5,772 bases of DNA from Escherichia coli (lineage in GTDB: Bacteria > Pseudomonadota > Gammaproteobacteria > Enterobacterales > Enterobacteriaceae): NCBI RefSeq assembly GCF_050320075.1, contig NZ_CP190025.1; one strand, given 5' to 3'. The notes below the pieces were generated by a model. It was not told the DNA's origin. It saw only the letters and a program-made list of their open reading frames with translations, and ran no database searches. The position numbers and the translations under genes were made by a program. Each line of letters begins with the position of its first letter. Positions within the stretch are counted from its first letter, which is position 1. Below, piece by piece: positions 1 to 4,348 of the stretch.

Positions 1-1508
1 CGGTTGATTACCTGCTGGGGAGGGAGCGTAACCGCGAAGGCGCAACGGTGCTTCAGGGTAATCCGGAAGAAGTCCGGGAACTCATCGATGCCACGCCATT
101 TGCGAAGAAATACACGTCCGGTGTTCTGTCGTTCGCGGAGAAGGAACTGCCGCCGGGAGGACGTGAAAAAGTGATGGCGAGCTTTGAGCGTGTACTGATG
201 CCCGGTCTCGAAAAAAATCAGTACAGCATCCTGTGGGTGGAGCACCAGGACAAGGGACGGCTTGAGCTGAATTTTGTCATTCCGAACATGGAGCTACAGA
301 CCGGAAAACGCCTCCAGCCGTACTACGACCGCGCAGACAGGCCGAGAATTGATGCCTGGCAGACGCTGGTGAATCACCATTACGGACTGCATGACCCCAA
401 CGCCCCGGAGAACCGCCGGACGCTGACCCTTCCTGATAACCTGCCGGAAACGAAACAGGCACTTGCTGAGAGCGTTACACGCGGTATAGACGCACTTTAC
501 CATGCCGGAGAGATAAAAGGCCGTCAGGATGTGATTCAGGCGCTCACAGAGGCGGGGCTTGAAGTGGTCAGGGTGACGCGAAGCAGTATCAGCATTGCAG
601 ACCCGAACGGCGGGAGGAATATCAGGCTGAAAGGAGCATTTTATGAGCAATCTTTTACAGACGGGCGCGGAGTTCGAGAAAAAGCTGAAAGAGAGAGCCG
701 AATCTACAGAGAAAATGCTGAACGACGAGTTCAGGAAGCTCGGCGAGTCTGTCAGCGAGGCTGTGACCTCAAACGAGACGAAAATCAGAGACGCTATAGC
801 CCTGTTCACAGCCTCGACAGAGAAATCGCTGGAAAAACACCGGGAAGGGGTGAAAGAGGCGATGATGCAGCACAGGAAGGACGTGTTAAAGCTGGCAGGG
901 AATACGGGCATGATGTTACTGGGGATAGTCTTTCTCCTGTTTACCGCGAGTGGCGGGACGCTCTGGTATCTTGGCGGACGGATACAGACGAACCTGGAAG
1001 AAATCAGGAAGCAGGAAGAGACATTGCAGAAACTGAACGCGAAGACATGGGGCGTGGAGTTTGTGCAGGACGGGAACAGGAAATTCCTTGTCCTTCCGTA
1101 CGGGAAATCAGCGGAGGTGATTCCCTTTCAGGGGAAAGAGTGGGTACATCTGAAGGAGTGACACAGAGTGACAGAGCTGGAAATTCATTTGCTGAACGCC
1201 TTAGAGCAGCTGCAACAGGACTATATGCAGCGGCTGAGCGAATGGGAGAGCGCCTTCGTGGAATTGCAGAAGATGTTTTCGCTTACACAACGGGACAACG
1301 CGATGCTGAACGAGCGGGTCATGCAGTTGAGTCAGCAGGTGCAGCACTTGAGCGAGCAGACAGAACGCTTGAGCCAGTTATACAGCGAGAACTGGAGATA
1401 AGAGAGGAACGGTTGATACAGGAGCGCGAACATGTGTTATCCCTGGAACGGGAGCGTCAGCCGGAAATACAGGAACGCACGCTGGATGGCCCTTCGCTGG
1501 GATGGTGA
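1..1508 (+). CDS. mbeA: MbeA relaxase (ColE1-type, MOB_HEN family); 5' end cut by the window start, continues from 5727..5772
   Basis: The frame is open from nt 3 to TGA 1506..1508, with no stop upstream of the track's GTG at 48. Nt 3..47 translate VDYLLGRERNREGAT. The catalytic Tyr context VDY(19)LL (tac 9..11) and the HEN signature WVEH(97)QDKGRLE(104)LN(106)F match what I recall for ColE1 MbeA. Joined to 5727..5772 the gene is 1554 nt, which is 517 codons plus stop. Confidence 0.93.
   Translation, partial: VDYLLGRERNREGATVLQGNPEEVRELIDATPFAKKYTSGVLSFAEKELPPGGREKVMASFERVLMPGLEKNQYSILWVEHQDKGRLELNFVIPNMELQTGKRLQPYYDRADRPRIDAWQTLVNHHYGLHDPNAPENRRTLTLPDNLPETKQALAESVTRGIDALYHAGEIKGRQDVIQALTEAGLEVVRVTRSSISIADPNGGRNIRLKGAFYEQSFTDGRGVREKAERESRIYRENAERRVQEARRVCQRGCDLKRDENQRRYSPVHSLDREIAGKTPGRGERGDDAAQEGRVKAGREYGHDVTGDSLSPVYREWRDALVSWRTDTDEPGRNQEAGRDIAETEREDMGRGVCAGREQEIPCPSVREISGGDSLSGERVGTSEGVTQSDRAGNSFAERLRAAATGLYAAAERMGERLRGIAEDVFAYTTGQRDAERAGHAVESAGAALERADRTLEPVIQRELEIREERLIQEREHVLSLERERQPEIQERTLDGPSLGW
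643..1161 (+). CDS. mbeB: MbeB mobilization protein, nested inside mbeA in another frame
   Basis: ATG 643 is preceded by AAGGAG (631..636) with a 6-nt spacer, and the stop is TGA 1159..1161. The product is 172 aa with one hydrophobic span (MMLLGIVFLLFTASGGTLWYLG). The nested arrangement and the length are those described for ColE1 mbeB. Confidence 0.85.
   Translation: MSNLLQTGAEFEKKLKERAESTEKMLNDEFRKLGESVSEAVTSNETKIRDAIALFTASTEKSLEKHREGVKEAMMQHRKDVLKLAGNTGMMLLGIVFLLFTASGGTLWYLGGRIQTNLEEIRKQEETLQKLNAKTWGVEFVQDGNRKFLVLPYGKSAEVIPFQGKEWVHLKE
1168..1401 (+). CDS. mbeD: MbeD-like mobilization/entry-exclusion protein, nested inside mbeA in the same alternative frame as mbeB
   Basis: GTG 1168 lies 9 nt after AAGGAG (1153..1158). 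The 77-aa product is predicted helical and Gln/Leu-rich. Its position directly after mbeB matches the ColE1 mbeD arrangement. The exact start codon is uncertain. Confidence 0.65.
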   Translation: MTELEIHLLNALEQLQQDYMQRLSEWESAFVELQKMFSLTQRDNAMLNERVMQLSQQVQHLSEQTERLSQLYSENWR

Positions 1509-1509
1509 A

Positions 1510-1714
1510 ACCATGAAAAATGGCAGCTTCAGTGGATTAAGTGGGGGGAATGTGGCCTGTACCATCTGGTTGCATAGGTATTCATACGGTTAAAATTTAT
1601 CAGGCGCGATCGCGGCAGTTTTTCGGGTGGTTTGTTGCCATTTTTACCTGTCTGCTGCCGTGATCGCGCTGAACGCGTTTTAGCGGTGCGTACAATATTG
1701 TCGTTATGTTAAAT
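1510..1714 (+). other. cer: cer-type multimer-resolution site (accessory sequences plus XerC/XerD core)
   Basis: Nt ~1510..1695 match my memory of ColE1 cer (…ttgcataggtattcatacgg…cgggtggtttgttgccatttttacctgtctgctgccgtgatcgcgctgaacgcgttttagcggtgcgtacaa). An ARG-box-like tgcataggtattcata (1571..1586) lies ~100 bp upstream of the core. The core is XerC arm GGTGCGTACAA (1685..1695), an 8-bp central region TATTGTCG (1696..1703) and XerD arm TTATGTTAAAT (1704..1714). Confidence 0.85.
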
Positions 1715-1794
1715 GGTTTGGATGATCCCCCCATTTTCCACATTTGGTTGTGACGATTAAGATAAACTCGTCAGAATATTTGGGTGAGGAATAA

Positions 1795-2943
1795 TCATAA
1801 TATGATGGCTAGGAAGCATATTCCAATACCTATGAGCAGGTTCAACGTCATCATTATTTTTCTAAAAATACTGTTACAATTTGTTTTTAAAAAGAATGCT
1901 GATGGGATAATGAATACTGTTATTGCTATAATTGGGGTTGATAATGCAGCAATAACTTTTATAATTTCGAAATTGGCTTCGCCTGCTATAAATGTGATAA
2001 CAGATACGACAAAAACGATTAATGTTTTGTTTTTAAATCCAAGGGATACTATTGTATCAACAACGCCTGTTAGTGTACCTGTATATGCACCGCTGGTAAT
2101 TAAAATCATGGTTAATATGGAAATGTAAGCAACGAAACTATTTTTTGTTACGTTGGCGCTATATGATAATGCATCGCTGTTAATCTCGCGCATGTTTTTT
2201 ATGTCTGAAGGTGAGAATATATTGCTTAATGAGAACACGATGAATGAGATAAATATTAAAATTAATAGTATCCCAAACATGAAAAAACGTAAATCACCGG
2301 CTGTATCTTTTTTGTTTTGAGCAAAGCGTTGTATACATGGTGAAAAATTAAAACTAAATAAAACAACTGGAAATAGAGTAAGTAAATTACTTGTACTAAT
2401 ATTTTGTATTTCTGTAGAATGTGGATGTGCTGGATGTGAATAGAAATATATAGATAAGAACAGTACAATAAGCAAAGATGGAAATGCTATTCCTGATGCG
2501 AGATGCTCTATCTTTGAATTAAAAAAGATAAAAGAAGAACCAAGGGTTGCAGAAATAATCAGTGACACAAATATTCGCTCTGAACCATTTAGACTTAGGC
2601 TAAAGCAAATAATATTTATCATTGTTGTTATGTTTATAATTGCTATTAACAGCATTGATAATAGGAATGCAATACTGATAGCATTTGCGGCTTTTTTTCC
2701 GATAAATAATATGGCAGAACTAACGTATTCTTTTTTGTCTGTAATTAAAATGAATCTATAAAATGTAAATTGCCCTAATAAAGATACCAAAGATGATAAA
2801 ATCAGTATTGTTATTGTTCCGTGAGTTCCTATGACTTTGGGGCCTACAGTCTGGGGTAGGAAAAAAATCCCTGCCCCAAATGATGTTGCAAAGAATGTTA
2901 CTGGCCATTGGATGCTATTTATCTTCATTTTTGAACCTTTCAT
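1795..2943 (-). CDS. HAAAP-family (TC 2.A.42) amino-acid permease, SdaC/TdcC-like serine/threonine transporter homologue; substrate unknown
   Basis: The long ORF encodes a polytopic hydrophobic protein. Several segments align by eye to E. coli SdaC/TdcC. FGAGIFFLPQ matches IGAGVLFLPI. PVVLFSFNFSPCIQRFAQNKKD matches PVMVFSFNHSPIISSFAVAKREE. ALSYSAN matches ILSYLAN, and LSTPIIAITVFIIPSAFFLK matches LGGPIIAMILFLMPMYAIQK. I chose the start ATG 2943..2941 because it overlaps the upstream stop as ATGA. ATG 2928 (AAAGG 7 nt upstream) is an alternative. The track's 2979 start would overlap the upstream gene by 40 nt. Confidence 0.8.
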   Translation of the reverse strand: MKGSKMKINSIQWPVTFFATSFGAGIFFLPQTVGPKVIGTHGTITILILSSLVSLLGQFTFYRFILITDKKEYVSSAILFIGKKAANAISIAFLLSMLLIAIINITTMINIICFSLSLNGSERIFVSLIISATLGSSFIFFNSKIEHLASGIAFPSLLIVLFLSIYFYSHPAHPHSTEIQNISTSNLLTLFPVVLFSFNFSPCIQRFAQNKKDTAGDLRFFMFGILLILIFISFIVFSLSNIFSPSDIKNMREINSDALSYSANVTKNSFVAYISILTMILITSGAYTGTLTGVVDTIVSLGFKNKTLIVFVVSVITFIAGEANFEIIKVIAALSTPIIAITVFIIPSAFFLKTNCNSIFRKIMMTLNLLIGIGICFLAIIL

Positions 2944-3830
2944 TTGAAGCATGATGTTCCAAAGAAAATAAGTAAACATGGAAGATTAAAATTACTATAA
3001 AAAGATGCTGCTGCTTTATAGCCATTAATTACATTAGCCATTGAGCACAATGGGAATACACCTATGTGTGATGTGTAATTGTCAAATGTCTTGTTCGATG
3101 AAATTTTATATCGAATCGAGCGAAATGTAGCTGCGTTACCTGCTGCACAAGTCGGTTTGTTATTTTTTATCACTTCAAATGATGAACCATCGACATTCAT
3201 AAAAACAGAGTTGTTTTCTTTAAAAAATGGCTTTTCTTTTTCTTTTCTTTTAATGTGTCGTTTAAAACGATCTGCCATGTTTTTTTCACTAACATAGAAA
3301 CAATTTATTTTTATATTATGCTGATTCTGTTTCTCTATAATATAGTTATTTATTACTTCTGGTATTATATAGGGTGATGTGGCTAGTTTTCTATAAATAT
3401 TACCACCATCGATATCTTCGCCATTTGATTTTTCCATGTAGAAATCATTTATTTCCATGAGGAAATCAGGTTTTATATTTAGCTCATGTGTTGATTTTAT
3501 TATGTAGTCAATGCAAAATTTAGCCGATTTTTCAACCTCATTACTAACTGAAAAACGGTCATTCAAATTCACAACAGTATGTCCACCAGATATAATAATC
3601 TTGTCTGATGTGTATTTTTCGGCTAGTTTTATTACAGTATCTATGTTGTCATCTGATATTTCTGTGTTTATTATCTCATCGATTCCTGTGCAATCTGCTT
3701 TGTATACAACAAATCTGTCTTCTTTTTTCCAGTCTTTTGTACAATTACATTTATAGCCCTCGTATATTGCTCTTTTGTTTTTTTTATAAAAATCTGGACT
3801 TTGTAAGGGCATTATTTCTAGGTCTGGCAT
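2940..3830 (-). CDS. Hypothetical 296-aa soluble protein, Lys/Asn/Ile-rich, no family recognised; first gene of the cargo operon
   Basis: ATG 3830 is preceded by AAGGAAG (3844..3838) with a 7-nt spacer, and the stop is TGA 2942..2940. An uninterrupted 296 codons in ~25-30% G+C DNA is unlikely by chance. The only motif-level resemblance I see is DKIIISGGHTVVNL (strand followed by SGG), which is PP-loop-like but lacks the Asp/Ser of SGGxDS. There is also a Cys-containing PTCAAGNAATF segment. Confidence 0.75.
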   Translation of the reverse strand: MPDLEIMPLQSPDFYKKNKRAIYEGYKCNCTKDWKKEDRFVVYKADCTGIDEIINTEISDDNIDTVIKLAEKYTSDKIIISGGHTVVNLNDRFSVSNEVEKSAKFCIDYIIKSTHELNIKPDFLMEINDFYMEKSNGEDIDGGNIYRKLATSPYIIPEVINNYIIEKQNQHNIKINCFYVSEKNMADRFKRHIKRKEKEKPFFKENNSVFMNVDGSSFEVIKNNKPTCAAGNAATFRSIRYKISSNKTFDNYTSHIGVFPLCSMANVINGYKAAASFYSNFNLPCLLIFFGTSCFK

Positions 3831-3970
3831 AGTTATGCTTCCTTTGTCACAAAGAAAATATTTTGCTAATTATGACTTATACATATCAATGATAGAGATC
3901 ATGTTAGTGTTTGATCATTGATGTCTCCTTTATTTATGTGATGCGTCTCTATTTTTTCTCTTATAGTGTC

Positions 3971-3999
3971 TTGGATGTTATTTGTTAAATATGTATTGT
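3971..3999 (+). promoter_or_regulatory. Putative sigma70 promoter for the tRNA gene
   Basis: The elements are TTGGAT (3971..3976), a 17-nt spacer and TATTGT (3994..3999). The predicted start is ~4006, which is at the first tRNA nucleotide (4007). Both hexamers match the consensus at only 4/6 in an A+T-rich context, so this call is weak. Confidence 0.3.
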
Positions 4000-4006
4000 T
4001 TTTTGT

Positions 4007-4095
4007 GGAGAGGTGGGCGAGTGGTCTAAGTCAGGGCTCTCTTGAGGCCATATGCGACAAGCGTATCGTAGGTTCGAATCCTACCCTCTCCGCCA
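4007..4095 (+). tRNA. Type II (long variable arm) tRNA, Ser-like body with anticodon CUU; isotype ambiguous
   Basis: I folded the cloverleaf by hand. The acceptor stem is 4007-4013 GGAGAGG with 4085-4091 CCTCTCC, 7 Watson-Crick pairs. U8 is at 4014. The D stem is GGC (4016-4018) with GTC (4030-4032), and the D loop carries GG at 4023-4024. The anticodon stem is GGGCT (4034-4038) with GGCCA (4046-4050), giving a G-A mismatch on top, 3 GC pairs and 1 GU pair. The anticodon loop is CTCTTGA (4039-4045), placing anticodon CTT at 4041-4043. The variable arm is 17 nt (4051-4067), with stem TATGC/GCGTA and loop GACAA. The T arm is GTAGG-TTCGAAT-CCTAC (4068-4084). The discriminator is G4092 and CCA is encoded at 4093-4095. 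Confidence 0.85.
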
Positions 4096-4156
4096 TTTTG
4101 TTGATCGTTTCCCCCACCATTTGTTGAATTGAGAGGGGTTTTGAAAAAAGATCAAA

Positions 4157-4180
4157 GGATCCTCTTGAGATCCTTTTTTT
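4157..4180 (+). terminator. Weak intrinsic-terminator-like hairpin between the tRNA and RNA II; its 3' arm overlaps the RNA II -35
   Basis: The structure is GGATC (4157-4161), a 7-nt loop, GATCC (4169-4173) and then T7 (4174-4180). The equivalent element is present upstream of RNA II in pMB1-type origins. The stem is only 5 bp, so efficiency is probably low. Confidence 0.4.
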
Positions 4181-4193
4181 CTGCGCGTAATCT
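4165..4193 (+). promoter_or_regulatory. RNA II (replication primer) promoter
   Basis: The elements are TTGAGA (4165..4170), a 17-nt spacer and TAATCT (4188..4193), with +1 at about G4201. The layout is the same as the pMB1/ColE1 RNA II promoter as I recall it. Confidence 0.8.
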
Positions 4194-4202
4194 GCTGCCT
4201 GT

Positions 4203-4312
4203 AAACAAAAAAACCACCGCTACCAACGGTGGTTCGTTTGCCGGAATCAAGAGCTACCAACTCTTTTTCCCGAAGGTAACTGGCTTGGTGGAGCGCAGAT
4301 ACCAAATACTGT
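4203..4312 (-). ncRNA. RNAI: RNA I antisense copy-number regulator
   Basis: The bottom strand reads ACAGTATTTGGTATCTGCGCTCCACCAAGCCAGTTACCTTCGGGAAAAAGAGTTGGTAGCTCTTGATTCCGGCAAACGAACCACCGTTGGTAGCGGTGGTTTTTTTGTTTAC. This gives three hairpins and a terminal U-run, and it is fully complementary to the RNA II 5' end. Confidence 0.85.
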
Positions 4313-4318
4313 CCTTCT

Positions 4319-4348
4319 AGTGTAGCCTCAGTTAGGCCACCACTTCAA
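4319..4348 (-). promoter_or_regulatory. RNA I promoter
   Basis: On the bottom strand I read TTGAAG (4348..4343) and TACACT (4324..4319), with +1 at A (complement of 4312). The hexamers are the same as in pMB1. Confidence 0.7.

Noticed and set aside
277-911. Minus-strand ORFs 294..911 (205 aa) and 277..462 (61 aa)
   Set aside because: They are antisense to the well-supported mbeA/mbeB genes. The products are low-complexity, with no recognisable motif or ribosome-binding site. This is typical of shadow ORFs opposite a GC-rich gene.
1513-1593. 26-codon ORF (MKNGSFSGLSGGNVACTIWLHRYSYG) just after mbeA
   Set aside because: It lies inside the cer accessory sequences and runs through the ARG-box. 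I cannot confirm any homology, and it has only a marginal SD (GGTGA). It is too short to support as a gene from sequence alone.
1784-2468. ORFs 1784..2128 (+, 114 aa) and 2262..2468 (-, 68 aa)
   Set aside because: Both lie inside the permease gene, one antisense and one in another frame. They are explained by the scarcity of stop codons in those frames, and they have no start-site signals.
2944-2979. N-terminal 12-codon extension of the permease ORF (track start 2979)
   Set aside because: It would overlap the upstream gene by 40 nt and adds non-conserved residues (MFTYFLWNIMLQ). The ATGA-coupled start at 2943, or ATG 2928, is more plausible. The extension is not excluded experimentally.
3079-3832. 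Plus-strand ORFs 3079..3297, 3511..3756 and 3608..3832
   Set aside because: All are antisense to the 296-aa gene. The products are Phe/Leu/Ser-rich, as expected from reading an A-rich coding strand backwards, and none has an SD.
3980-3990. atttgttaaat, a 9/11 match to the XerD arm TTATGTTAAAT, in the same orientation as the cer core and at the other end of the cargo
   Set aside because: With either a 6-bp or an 8-bp central region, no XerC-arm-like sequence (GGTGCG…) lies upstream. An isolated A+T-rich half-site in A+T-rich DNA is easily a chance match. It is worth re-checking only if Xer-mediated capture is pursued.
4041-4047. Alternative reading of the tRNA anticodon loop as CUUGAGG (anticodon UGA, ordinary tRNA-Ser)
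   Set aside because: That register leaves no base-paired anticodon stem, because GCTCT against CCATA gives 0 pairs. Only the CTCTTGA loop is closed by a stem. I keep it as a possible evolutionary origin through CT-repeat slippage, not as the fold.
4081-4320. ORFs 4081..4305 (-) and 4129..4320 (+)
   Set aside because: They overlap the tRNA 3' end, the RNA II promoter and the RNA I/RNA II region. That sequence is conserved as RNA structure, not as coding sequence.
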